In this document: positions 9,772-20,350 of the stretch, piece after piece
Layout: every line of letters starts with the position of its first letter
Position numbering within the stretch: the stretch's first letter is position 1
Origin: Anaerolineales bacterium
GTDB taxonomy: Bacteria > Chloroflexota > Anaerolineae > Anaerolineales > JBHHUI01
DNA length: 64,000 nt
Direction: 5' to 3'
NCBI GenBank assembly: GCA_965248775.1
Contig: OZ252150.1
Span: forward strand, 4,900,027 to 4,964,026
Position numbers and translations under genes: made by a program
Notes under the pieces: model-generated
Told to the model about the DNA's origin: nothing
The model's input: the letters and a program-made list of their open reading frames with translations, nothing else
Database searches by the model: none

Positions 9772-12695
9772 TCGAATGCTATAGCGCTCTGCGCTGCCAA
9801 GTCCCCCAGTCTCGGCCTGCGGCGACGCTATCCCCGGTCTGCCGCTGCGCAGCGGCAATCAGATGCAGAGAGTAATAACGGTCGCTTTCACGCAGGTGCA
9901 CAACTTCATCGAAACCGAACTGCATATCTTGGAGTTGTTCGGCATCATAAGGACGCGCGTTCTCGATCTTCAAAGTTGCATTTGAGAGATAAATCCTAGT
10001 CGTGGGCGAGACCGCTGAGTAATATCGATGACGATGAGCGACGAATGATACGAAAAAGAGTGACAACTTATATTGTGCTCGCCGTGCTCCTCGCCGGCGG
10101 CTATGCAATGCTGCGGGTTTCCAGTTGGCAGGGGAGCACCCAACTGCACACGCTCATGGAAGTGATAGCCACCTTGCTGGCACTGTTCATCGGCGTCATG
10201 GCCTTGCTGCGATTCTACAGCAATAAGAACAACACCATCTTGTTTATCGGTACCGGATTTTTGGGAACCGGCCTGCTCGATGCCTATCACGCCATCGTCA
10301 CGTCCTCATTTTTCAATCAGTTCTTCCCTTCGCCTGCCCCGTCACTGATTCCCTGGAGCTGGAACGCCTCGCGCATTTTCTTATCCATCTTTCTCTACCT
10401 GAGTTGGCTGGCCTGGCGCAGGGAGGCGCGGCTGGGGGAGAACGGCAGAATTCGGGAGCGCGCGATTTACCTGACAGCTGCCGGGTTGACCCTGGCGAGT
10501 TTTCTCTTCTCTTCGATAGTGCCCTTGCCGCGCGCCTATTACCCGGAAATTATATTTCATCGTCCGGAGGAGTTCGTCTCCGCCGTTTTCTTCCTGCTGG
10601 CCCTGGTCGGCTTTTGGAGCAAGGGCCAATGGCGCGACGAGGCTCTTGAGCATTGGCTCGTGCTCTCGCTCATTGTCGCGTTCATAGGCCAGACGATGTT
10701 CATGTCATTTTCGGGCCAGCTCTTCGATATGATGTTTGATGCTGCCCATCTGCTCAAGAAGGTGAGTTACATCTTTGTTCTCATCGGACTTCTGATCAGT
10801 ATGTATCGCCTTTTCAAGGAGGCTGAGACAGGTGCGCTGCAGATCAAGCTGGCCAATGAAGAACTTCTGCGCGAGGTCGAAGAGCGCAGTCAGGCAGAAA
10901 CGGAAAGACGAAAGCTCGCGGAATACCTGGATACTATTCTTCTAAATTTGCCTACGGGTGTAGCCATTCTTGAAGGTCCGGATTTTCGATATTTTCGAAT
11001 CAATAACATGCTTGCCGAGATCAATGGTTTGTCTATTGAAGATCATCTCGGAAGGACCCTGGCGGAAGTTTTACCCGCGGCAGCCCCGGATATTCAGCCC
11101 GGTTTAAACAGAGTCTTGCAAAGCGGCAAGCCGGGTCAACCGCGCGAATTCAGCACACGGTTGCCGAAGGACCCCCAGAAAGATCGTCATTTCATCGATA
11201 CCTTTTTCCCTATCTTCGGAGAAGAGGGAAAGCCACGGGGGGTAGGCGCAGTTGTGGTTGACATCACCGAACGCAAGCGTGCCGAGCAGCACCTACGCGA
11301 GAGCGAAGATCGCTACCGTAGCCTGTTCGATAGCATGCCTGTGGGCCTCTTCCGAACTTCGCCCGCCGGGCAAATCATCGACGCAAACCAAGCCTTGATG
11401 TCGATGTTTGGCTATCCGAGCCGCGAGTCATTTTTGGAAGTTGCCATATCAGAATTTTACGTAGAGTCCGGGGGCCGCCGCCGGTTTCAAGCCCTGATGG
11501 ATAAGGAAGGCATCGTACAGAGGCTCGAAGAGCAACAACGGAAGCGCGATGGGACCATCATCTGGACGGAGGTCAACGCACGCGCGGTCACGGACGGTAA
11601 CGAGATCGTCTATTACGAAGGCAGCGAACAGGACATCACCGAACGCAAGAAGGTCGAGGAGCGTATGCGAACCCTATCTATGGCGGTCGAACAGAATCCC
11701 TCCTCGATCATGATCACCGACGCCGAGCGTCGCATCGAATACGTCAACCCGCAGTTTACCGAGACATCAGGTTATGTGCTCGCAGAGGTGATCGGAAAGA
11801 ACCCGAGTATCCTGAACTCGGGCTCCCATCCGCCGGAATTCATGCAACAACTGAGGGATACGATCGATTCCGGCCGCGTGTTCCAGGCCGACTTCTGTAA
11901 CAAGAAAAAGAACGGCGAGCTTTACTGGGTGTTGCAATCCATCTCGCCCATCATCGATGAGGCGGGTGTTGTCACTCATTTTGTCTCGGCCCAAATAGAC
12001 GACACCGAGCACAAGCGGGCGGTGGAGGCACTACAGGAGAGCGAAGAACGCTATCGCGCGGTCGTCGAGGATCAGACAGAATTAATCGCCCGTTGGCTTC
12101 CGGATGGAACCCGCACATTTATTAACGAGAGCTACTGCCGCTACTTCGACAGATCGTACGAAGACCTGATTGGAACGAGATCGCTCCCATTTGAGTTTGA
12201 GACAACTGGGGATCGGGAGGTCATAGAACGTAGAATTCAGGCGCTCACCCCGCGTATCCCGGCAGCGACGAGCGAATTTCAAGTGACTCTTTCCAATGGA
12301 GATGTGCGCTGGCAGCAGTGGACGGATAGGGCCATCTTTGATGAGCAAGATCGATTGATCGAAATGCAGTCTGTGGGCCGGGACATATCCGAACACAAGC
12401 GGGCGGAGGAAGAGATAATCCATCAGGCATCAATTCTTGAACAGGTCCATAATGCTGCTATCACAATCGATTTTGACAACAAAATCCTATCTTGGAATAA
12501 ACATGCCGAAATGCTTTATCAGTGGAAAAGTGAAGAAGCAATTGGCAGAGATATTATCGAAATATTGTCTCCTGAAGAATTGAAAAGCAGAGCAGCAGAG
12601 AATATCGCAGAACTTAATAGAGAAGGGCATTGGGAAGGCGAATTCAATGTGCTCAGAAAAGATGGCACCACGATCCCGGCCCACATCATCAATAC

Positions 12696-13514
12696 GGTAG
12701 TGGTTACATGGTAACTGATGGGGACCACGCTGTATTGTAGTAATGGAGATACAACTTGAGTACAGCTTCATGGTAAACGTCGGACTTGGAGAAAGAAAGA
12801 GTTTTGCGCACGAAGCGAGCCAGTCTCTGGCGCAAGGTGTTGTTCCAGCGTTCCACGTGAGATGTCTGGCCGCTTTCTTTGCCGACACTTTGGTGAGTGT
12901 CGTTTGGTAAAACCTTCTGGTAAGCGTGCCAGAAGTCGCTGAAGGAGCAACACGCTTTGTAGGATGCTGGGATGGATTTCCATAACGCGCGACAACTTTT
13001 TTCACTGCGGTCGCCAATAAAATAGGCCACCACTTGGCGCGTGCGCCGACACAGCGCGACCCATATCCAACGTTTATCGTTTTTTGTGCGTACAAATGAC
13101 CATAATTCATCCAATTCCAGCACATCATCCGTTTTTACGGTTTCTAAAGTGTCAGCCAGGTTCGGCATAGCGCCGGCCTTCTCCAGAATCCAGCGTGCTA
13201 ATGTCTGCCGCGCGATGCCAAAGATGCGCTCAATGCCGCGCATACTGGCTCGCTCTCGATAGGTGCGTAGGACAAATTCTCTGATGAACTCAGGATAAGA
13301 ACGGCTTTGCGGTTCCAACATTCCATAAGCGGCGCAATCGAGACAATGAAACTTCTGACCGCCTTTATAGTCTGTACCATTCTTGACAATGTTGAGGCTC
13401 CTGCACTTTGAACACTCATGCGTGATGACACTCTGGATCATTTTGGCGCTCCTCTGTTTGGCAGGCCAACAACTTACTTTTTCCAGACTCATCAGTCAAC
13501 ATGTAACCACTACC
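12696..13514 (-). mobile_element. IS1-family insertion sequence, copy 1 (819 bp)
   Basis: Terminal inverted repeats ggtagtggttacatg / catgtaaccactacc. 8-bp target duplication atcaatac at 12688-12695 and 13515-13522. Near-identical to 26077-26895. Confidence 0.9.
12704..13492 (-). CDS. IS1-family transposase (single-ORF type, 262 aa)
   Basis: N-terminal zinc finger CSKCRSLNIVKNG...HCLDC. InsB-like core DELWSFV...WIWVAL...DFWHAYQKV...HVERWNNTLRQRLARFVRKTLSFSKS. Confidence 0.9.
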   Translation of the reverse strand: MSLEKVSCWPAKQRSAKMIQSVITHECSKCRSLNIVKNGTDYKGGQKFHCLDCAAYGMLEPQSRSYPEFIREFVLRTYRERASMRGIERIFGIARQTLARWILEKAGAMPNLADTLETVKTDDVLELDELWSFVRTKNDKRWIWVALCRRTRQVVAYFIGDRSEKSCRALWKSIPASYKACCSFSDFWHAYQKVLPNDTHQSVGKESGQTSHVERWNNTLRQRLARFVRKTLSFSKSDVYHEAVLKLYLHYYNTAWSPSVTM

Positions 13515-13563
13515 ATCAATACATATTTGAAGGACGTAAACGGCAATAACATTGGGTTTATAG

Positions 13564-15114
13564 CAGTGGTTTGTTGACTCAAGATTATTGGGCATAAAGG
13601 CAGATGGCATTGCCCGCGAACACCCAGTCAAGCAGCGCCTGGAACGCAGGCGGTGGGGGCCGGTCCGACCACGCCCGCCAGAAGCGTTGCAACATGATCC
13701 ATGGCTCCAGCCAAGCGCGCACTTCTCGCAGCGCCGCCGGCCAACTGACGTTGGGACGCGGTTGTTTCGACCGCCGTATTTTTTTTTCCCGTCGCCCCCC
13801 AGTCTCGTCGACTGGACGAGGTCGTGCGCCGTTTGCTCTTGCGTCGTGCCGGTTGTTGCGTCTCATCGAGTTCGACCGTCTCGACCTCGCCGCGGGCCAA
13901 CGCCCACCAGCAAAAGGCGAAGGCGCAACACACCAGCTCCCAGTGGCGGCGGATGGCGTGGTCGGCGCGCACTTGATACTGGGCCCAGCCCAAGCTCTGC
14001 TTGACTTGCTTGTAGCTCTGCTCGACCCAGGCGCGCAGGCCGTACAGGCGCGTGACCTCGGCCAGGTTCGCCGCCGGCAGCGAGCTCTCTTGCGCACGAA
14101 GCGTGCGCGGGGATGGCAGGTTGGTCGCCAGATACCAGGTTGTCTGCTCGGGCAGCTGCACCGGGTCGGTGGTCACGACTACCAGGCGCTGCGCACGTTG
14201 CGGTCCGTACATCCGGCCGACGACTTCGAGCACCCACCTCGGCTCACGGTGTCCGTCTCGGAATTCTCGTACGACCTGGCGCCACTTGCCCAGCGCGTCC
14301 GGTTGCCACGGATAGCCCGCCACGAGCTCCGTGATCGAGCCCGGTTCCCCTTTGGGATGCCACCAGCTGAACGAGGGCGGCATCGCCACGACGTAGCCCA
14401 CCCCCAGCTTGTGCAGCCCGCCGATAAACTGGTCGTGCTTGCCGTAGAGGCTGTCCGCCACGACTGCCTTGAAGGGCACGCCCGCCTTGTGCGCACGCTC
14501 CACCAGCTCCAGCGCGAGCGCCAGCTTGGTGCGAAAGCCCGCATCTTTGTTGCCGCGCGCAAACCAGTGCGCTGGCGTGTACGGCTCGACTTCCAGCGGG
14601 TAGTAGAGCCGCTCGTCCGCCCAGAGCGCGTGCACCGACACCACACCGTTGTCGACCTTGCCGATACTGCCCAGATATTGGCGCCCAACATGCGCGGTGC
14701 TATTTCCCCACTTGCGGTCGCCGGTCTCATCGATGGCCAAAACACCAGCAGCAGTGGGCGCCAGCATCTCAAGCCGCTGCAGCAGCTCTCGCCGCAACTG
14801 ACCGACCGCCGCCGCATCCCAGTTCGACTCGGACAGGAACCACTGCAGGCGTTGCACCTGCGCCTGTTGCGCACCGGCCAGCGGCTCGGCGTTCGCCAGT
14901 GCGGTGAGCGTCTTGTTGCGCTCCGCAGGCAACAACAACCCTTCCAGATAGCGCCGGAACGCTTCGCGTTGGTTGCGTCGCGAAAACAAACCATCAAACT
15001 CCAGGGCGAAATCTTCCAGTGGACCGGGCGCGGGAGTGACATCCAGGCGTTTCGTCATGCTCCACCTCCACCACCTGTATACACCCGGTTTTTCCTTGAG
15101 TCAACAAACCACTG
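13564..15114 (-). mobile_element. IS701-family insertion sequence (1551 bp)
   Basis: Perfect 20-bp terminal inverted repeats: cagtggtttgttgactcaag at 13564-13583 and its reverse complement at 15095-15114. 4-bp target duplication atag at 13560-13563 and 15115-15118. Confidence 0.85.
13628..15058 (-). CDS. IS701-family DDE transposase (476 aa)
   Basis: ...FSRRNQREAFRRYLEGLLLPAERNKTL...AIDETGDRKWGNSTAHVGRQYLGSIGKVDNGVVSV...AVVADSLYG... is typical of IS701-like transposases. Confidence 0.8.
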   Translation of the reverse strand: MTKRLDVTPAPGPLEDFALEFDGLFSRRNQREAFRRYLEGLLLPAERNKTLTALANAEPLAGAQQAQVQRLQWFLSESNWDAAAVGQLRRELLQRLEMLAPTAAGVLAIDETGDRKWGNSTAHVGRQYLGSIGKVDNGVVSVHALWADERLYYPLEVEPYTPAHWFARGNKDAGFRTKLALALELVERAHKAGVPFKAVVADSLYGKHDQFIGGLHKLGVGYVVAMPPSFSWWHPKGEPGSITELVAGYPWQPDALGKWRQVVREFRDGHREPRWVLEVVGRMYGPQRAQRLVVVTTDPVQLPEQTTWYLATNLPSPRTLRAQESSLPAANLAEVTRLYGLRAWVEQSYKQVKQSLGWAQYQVRADHAIRRHWELVCCAFAFCWWALARGEVETVELDETQQPARRKSKRRTTSSSRRDWGATGKKNTAVETTASQRQLAGGAARSARLAGAMDHVATLLAGVVGPAPTACVPGAA

Positions 15115-17315
15115 ATAGGAATAAGTAATGACATCACTGAACGCAAGCAGGCAAAAGAGGCACTGCTCCGCTCAAACAGAGCGTTGCGTGTCTATAGCTC
15201 TTGCGGTCAGGCGCTAACGCGTGCAACAAATGAAATTGAGTTGCTGTATGAAATCTGCCGGCGGATTGTAGCTGATGGCGGCTACAAGCAGGCCTGGGTT
15301 GGCTTTGCGGGGCAAGACGAGCAAAAGACGGTGCGACCCGCAGGGCAGTATGGTTTCGAAGCTGGTTACCTGGACACACTCAACGTTGTCTGGTCGGATA
15401 CAGAGCACGGGCGCGGCCCCACAGGTACGGCCATCCGCACGGGGCAGCCAAGTGTGGCAAACCACATCCAGAGCGATCCTCGTTTCGAACCCCGGCGCGC
15501 GGCGGCGATCGAACAGGGCTACGCAGCTGCCCTAGCACTGCCGTTGATTTCAGGCGGCCAGACCCTTGGCGTGTTGATTATTCATGCCAGCGAGCCGGAT
15601 GCCTTCGACGCAGAGGAAGTTGCGCTGTTAGGCGAGGTTGCCGACGACCTGGCCTTTGGGGTTCTGGCGCTCCACGCCCTCGGTGAGGAATCCGAACAGC
15701 AGGCGCGGGCGCTCGCCGCCGAGCGGCGGCGACGGGAGCAACTGGAATTACTGGAGCAGGTGTCTTCGTCCTTGCGACAGGCGGAGAATATGGACGAGCT
15801 GTTCAGCGGCGTGGTAGAGGAAGTCCGAGCGTTGGTGCATATGGATGTCGAGGCGATTCTGTTGCTTCGGGGCGAACAATTGGAGTATGCGATCGTACGA
15901 GGGCCGCAGGAGTTGAAGGATTGGCTGCATAAAGATATCATCTCCAAAGATGAACTTGTGAAAATAGTGAAATCGGGCCAGGCCGAATTCAGGTCTGATT
16001 TGCCTTTTGATGTTCAAGGTTCCGCGGCAGTTTTGCCGCTCACATCTGGTCAGGGCGTTCATGGCGCGTTGATTTTGTATTGGTTTGAGCAGAAGGAATT
16101 TTCTGTGGATGAACAACGTCTGCTAGCTACCATTGTGGACATGGCCGGTATTGCGCTGGAAAGGATGCAGGTGTTCGAGACATTGGAACAGCAAGTTGCG
16201 GATCGCACCTTTGAACTTTCAACGCTATACGCAGTGACAACCCTGCTCGCTTCCGACGAGGACTTCTCAAGCATGCTCTCGGAGTCGCTTGAGAAGTTGT
16301 TGACTGCGATTGATGCAGAGGCGGGGGCGCTGCACCTGCTAGATGAGGAGCACACAAAATTAGAACTATTCGCACAGCATGGTCTGGACGTGGTGTTGGC
16401 CTCCGATCTCGATACCGTCGCGCTCGACAGTGAACTGTGGGGCCGGGTGATCATACAGGAGCAAGCGATGCTGCAAACGGGTCTGCAAGAAAATGGTCGT
16501 GTGCCGGCGGTGATTCGGGACACTGACCTGCAGGGCTTTGTTGGCGTGCCCATCCGGCCGAGTGATACGACACTCGGCGTCTTAGGTGTTTTTTATGCAC
16601 AGGGTCGAGAGCCATCTTCGGAACAGGTCGGCCTGATCAACCTGGTGGCCGAACAAATAGGGCTCGCTTTCGATCGTGCGCAGTTGCGCCAAAAGGCCGA
16701 GCTCGCCGCAATTACGGAAGAACGGCAACGCTTAGCGCGCGAGTTGCATGATGCAGTAATACAGTCTTTGTACAGCCTGTTGTTTCTTGCAAAAGCAGCC
16801 GGGAACTTTGCCGCGTCCGGCAAGTGGGGCCAGGCTAGACACAACCTGGTAGCGGTTCAGGAATCTGCGCAAAAAGTACTCAAAGAAATGCGCTTGCTGG
16901 TTTATGAATTGTTGCCCGCTTCGCTGCAGGAGCGTGGCCTGGTCGGCATTTTGCAACACAGGCTCAGAGCTGTGGAGCAGCGTTCAGGCATGGAAACCCA
17001 CTTTGGCGCGGAAGGGAATATCGAATTGCCCAGCGCGCTGCAATTAGGCATCTACCGCATCGCGCAGGAGGCGCTGAACAATGTGTTGAAACACGCGTCG
17101 GCAAGCGAAGTAAGCTTACACTTGTCGCGCGACGGCCAGCGAGTAGAAATGGAGATTGAGGACAACGGGAATGGCTTTAATGTGAATGATTCCAGCGCAG
17201 GCATGGGACTGCAAAGCATGCGCGAACGCGCCGAAGCTCTGGGAGGTGTGCTGCGCATAACTTCCAAAATAGGAGCAGGCACAAGCGTGCAACTTGTAAT
17301 CGAGGAGCTGGCGGC

Positions 17316-17963
17316 ATGACAGAGAAAATAAAACTTGTGGTGGTTGACGACCATGCAGTCGTGCGCACGGGCATCTCGGCCTGGGTGGCATCCGAGCCCG
17401 ATTTGGCGCTGGTCGGAGAAGCTGCCGATGGGAAGCAGGGCGTAGCCAAAGCGCTTGAACTCAAGCCGGACGTGATTCTGATGGACCTGGTCATGCCCAA
17501 GAAAGACGGCATCGAGGCCATCCGGGAGATCGTGCGAGAAAATGCAGAGGCGCGCATATTGATGATGACCAGCTTTTCCGAACAAGCCAAGTCCGTGGAA
17601 GCAATCCGAGCCGGTGCCATGGGCTTCATCCTGAAAGACACCTCACCCGAAGAAATGCTGCGGGCGATCCGAGACGTGCATGCGGGTAAACCGTGGCTAT
17701 CTGCAGAGATCACGCGTGCGCTGATGCACGCACGTCGCTTGCACAAAGAGGCCGCTCCTGAAAGCAAGCAGCTGACGAAACGCGAAGTCGAGGTGCTGAA
17801 ACTCATCGCGCAGGGAATGTCAGATGCGGAAATCAAGAGTGAACTCACGATCAGCAAAGCAACTGTACGCTTTCATGTGACGAACATTCTGGCCAAGTTA
17901 CACTTAGAGAACCGTACGCAAGCCGCCTTATATGCCATCCGGCAAAGATACGTGACTGTGTAG
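17316..17963 (+). CDS. NarL/LuxR-family response regulator, paralog 2
   Basis: Roughly 92-93% aa identity to 8460-9107 by eye. Same REC and LuxR HTH motifs, and an ATGA overlap with the kinase end. Confidence 0.95.
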   Translation: MTEKIKLVVVDDHAVVRTGISAWVASEPDLALVGEAADGKQGVAKALELKPDVILMDLVMPKKDGIEAIREIVRENAEARILMMTSFSEQAKSVEAIRAGAMGFILKDTSPEEMLRAIRDVHAGKPWLSAEITRALMHARRLHKEAAPESKQLTKREVEVLKLIAQGMSDAEIKSELTISKATVRFHVTNILAKLHLENRTQAALYAIRQRYVTV

Positions 17964-17996
17964 TGCAGCTGTACCTCAAACATTTCATCTCGATAA

Positions 17997-18021
17997 GACG
18001 GTCTTCTCAGACCGTCTTTTT
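17997..18021 (+). terminator. Intrinsic terminator after response regulator 2
   Basis: gacggtc-ttctca-gaccgtc followed by ttttt. Homologous to 9141-9165. Confidence 0.75.
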
Positions 18022-18193
18022 GATCATCTAGAAGCGTTGCCACACTTGTTACGCGCATACTTTGCGGGCCTAAAGTTTTCGTTGGGCGCTGCTCTGTATA
18101 TTAACCAGGATTTGAGAGATCGAAAAGACTGTCATTATCGGTTAAGCAAGACTAACGCTATGAGGGAAGAAATCTTTTACATAATCCGATAGT

Positions 18194-18640
18194 ATGAGCG
18201 TGAATGAGGAATTGGAAGCAGTTACAAACGAAGGGGATGAAATGAGCCAAGTTCTGATAGTAGAAGATATACCCGCCAACCAGATAATCATGAGCAAGGC
18301 ACTGACCAAGGTTGGCGGTTACGAAGTGATGGTGACGGAAGATGTAGAACAAGTATTGGCACTGACGCAGGCGGGCCAGGTAGGGTTGGTGGTGATGGAC
18401 ATAAACCTGAAAAACAGTTTCTACCAAGGGCGCGGCGTGGACGGCCTGGAGATTACCGGCATTCTGAAGAGCGACCCGATAACGCGTGACATTCCGGTAT
18501 TGCTCGCATCGGCGCACGCTGTGAACGGCAAAGGGGCAAGGCTGTGCGCGCAATCTGGCGCCGATGGATATATCGGCAAACCGTTTGAACTTCACGCATT
18601 TGTCGGCCATGTGCAGCAGCTGCTCGCAAAGTGCTCGTAG
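18194..18640 (+). CDS. Single-domain CheY-like response regulator, paralog 2
   Basis: Colinear with 9325-9771 (VLIVEDIPAN, VVMDINL, LLASAHA, GYIGKPF). The upstream ~100 bp are also conserved. Confidence 0.85.
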   Translation: MSVNEELEAVTNEGDEMSQVLIVEDIPANQIIMSKALTKVGGYEVMVTEDVEQVLALTQAGQVGLVVMDINLKNSFYQGRGVDGLEITGILKSDPITRDIPVLLASAHAVNGKGARLCAQSGADGYIGKPFELHAFVGHVQQLLAKCS

Positions 18641-19386
18641 CCGAATGCTGTAGTGACTGTTTTCGTTTTCCTCGCCAACACCGCTCGCTAACCGACATCC
18701 TCGCCACGCTGGACTCGTCATGGCACACCGCAACGGATAAAAAGTGTCACAACAACAGATATCGCAGCGCTACATGAGATTCTGGTTTTTTTGTTAGCGG
18801 AGATGACATGAATAAGACTACTTTGCGCCTCAGTGTGCCCATTCTAAGCCTTTGGGGGTTGCTCTTGAGTTCAACCGGAGCTTGGGTCGTGTTCGCTTTG
18901 CGCGGACCTATTGTTACTCAGCTTTATGGCGTGGACATCTTGGGATGCGTGAAATGGGTATTTCTAGTCGACCATCTTTGGCTGCGTATGTGTAAATAAG
19001 TGGGCGTTGCTGGGCTAACGCTAATCTCTCTGATCGCGAGGTCGGATTTAACGATTTTTTAGAACGTAAAGATCTAAATGAAATCGAAGATTATCGAACA
19101 CAATAGAGTAAAAATTTTCTATCTAGATGTCTTCAGCTTGGCCACTGTATGCGTAGACATCCTCTACAGACATGCGAGATCACGAAATGTATTCAGGTAA
19201 CGATGCGCAATCCCATCCAGCCCTACAGGACGGGGTGGACTGAACGCAACGACATGCTCGACATTTCGCCAGACGCTGTCCTGCGTATTAAGCAGAGATT
19301 GAGATATCGGAAAGACTTTCATTCTCGGCCAAGCAAAAATAGCACTATAAGGGAAGAAACCTTTCAGAAAATCCAACCGTTTCAGT

Positions 19387-19845
19387 GTGAATGATGAACT
19401 GAAATCAGCTACGAGTTGTGGAGATGAAATGAGCCAAGTTCTGATAATCATAGAAGATAGGCCCGCCAACCAGGTGATCATGAGCAAGGCGCCGAACAAG
19501 GTTGACGGTTACGAGGTGATGGTGACGGAAGATGTAGAGCAAGTATTGGCACTAACGCTGGCGGGCCAGGTAGCGTTGGTATTTATAGATATAACCCTGA
19601 AAAACAGTATCTATCAAGGACAAGGTGTGAACGGCCTGGAGATTACCCGCATGTTGAAGAGCGATCCGAGAACGCGTGACATTCCGGTATTGCTCACCTC
19701 GGTGCACGCTATGAACGGCGCTGGGGCCTGGCTGTACGCGCTTTCTGGGGCCGATGGCTATATCGGAAAGTCGTTTGAACTTCACGCATATGTAGACGGT
19801 GTGCAACCGTTGCTCCCTGAGCAGCCCCGTAGTCTAACGCTGTAG
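19387..19845 (+). CDS. Divergent third CheY-like paralog (GTG start; possibly decaying)
   Basis: LIIIEDRPAN, LVFIDITL, LLTSVHA and GYIGKSF (the usual K-P is K-S here). It has a different C-terminal extension. Its upstream region is a degraded copy of the conserved upstream region of the CheY-like genes. Confidence 0.6.
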   Translation: MNDELKSATSCGDEMSQVLIIIEDRPANQVIMSKAPNKVDGYEVMVTEDVEQVLALTLAGQVALVFIDITLKNSIYQGQGVNGLEITRMLKSDPRTRDIPVLLTSVHAMNGAGAWLYALSGADGYIGKSFELHAYVDGVQPLLPEQPRSLTL

Positions 19846-20350
19846 CGACTCCTTTCGCTTTCCTCCCCAACACCGCTCGCATTCCGGCAGCCTTGACACG
19901 CTGGATATTCTTCTGGTGGACTTGTGTAGGACGCCATAGGAAGAGCGCAAATACCTGCAAATGGCAATCAAGAATTCACACTTCGTTTACTGACAGAGCA
20001 TGTCAGATCAATAATAATGTTTGTTGTGCAAGAAATAATGTATGATATAAACACTATACATTTTACTAGGTGAAACCTAGTAAATTAATCAGGAGAAGAT
20101 AGTCTCAAAAGGCTATCCATTTCGATTGGATGACACTATCACTTTAAGGAGGATGCTGTGGAAGAAGAATCCGACACCAAAAGATTTTGGGAAGATGGCC
20201 ACATTCTCTCTCGCCGGCCAGCAACGATAAGAGGAAAGCTTATGACTAACTAGAAAGCCGCAGGTTCAATATCCATCGGCTGGGGATGGCGGTGCCGGAA
20301 GAAGTATTTTCACAGGAAAGACATAAGACACTATATAAGGAAATTTAGTC

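Larger units (their letters stand above)
10045..17319 (+). pseudogene. Sensor histidine kinase paralog 2 (MASE3-like membrane domain, PAS x5, GAF x2, HisKA_3, HATPase_c), split by two IS insertions
   Basis: The fragments are 10045-12695, 13515-13563 and 15119-17319. Removing each IS plus one TSD copy restores one frame: ...TIPAHIINT|YLKDVNGNNIGFI|GISNDITERKQAKEAL... This is colinear with paralog 1 (...TIPAHIINTYLKDPNENNIGFIGISNDITASKQAQDAL...). The C-terminal H-box is RLARELHDAVIQSLYSL. Confidence 0.9.

Noticed and set aside
9779-10108. A 109-aa minus-strand ORF between CheY-like gene 1 and kinase 2.
   Set aside because: It overlaps the kinase 2 start by 64 nt, has an Arg-rich N-terminus without an RBS, and belongs to no recognisable family. 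A shorter TTG-initiated version (~66 aa) cannot be excluded but is unsupported.
12487-13128. Alternative-frame ORFs inside the IS1 copies: 213 aa here and 183 aa at 26463-27014.
   Set aside because: The 262-aa frame contains both the zinc finger and the InsB-like catalytic motifs in one ORF. The other frames run out into flanking DNA and differ between the two copies.
13604-15115. A 503-aa ORF on the plus strand across the IS701-family element.
   Set aside because: It is a same-register antisense shadow of the 476-aa transposase. The sequence is low-complexity and Arg/Pro-rich, with no motifs.
9200-19400. The three-fold repeated ~100-bp block upstream of the CheY-like genes, considered as a possible repeat array.
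   Set aside because: The copies are kilobases apart, each is attached to a duplicated gene, and they diverge like the genes do. This is segmental gene duplication, not a CRISPR array or tandem repeat array.
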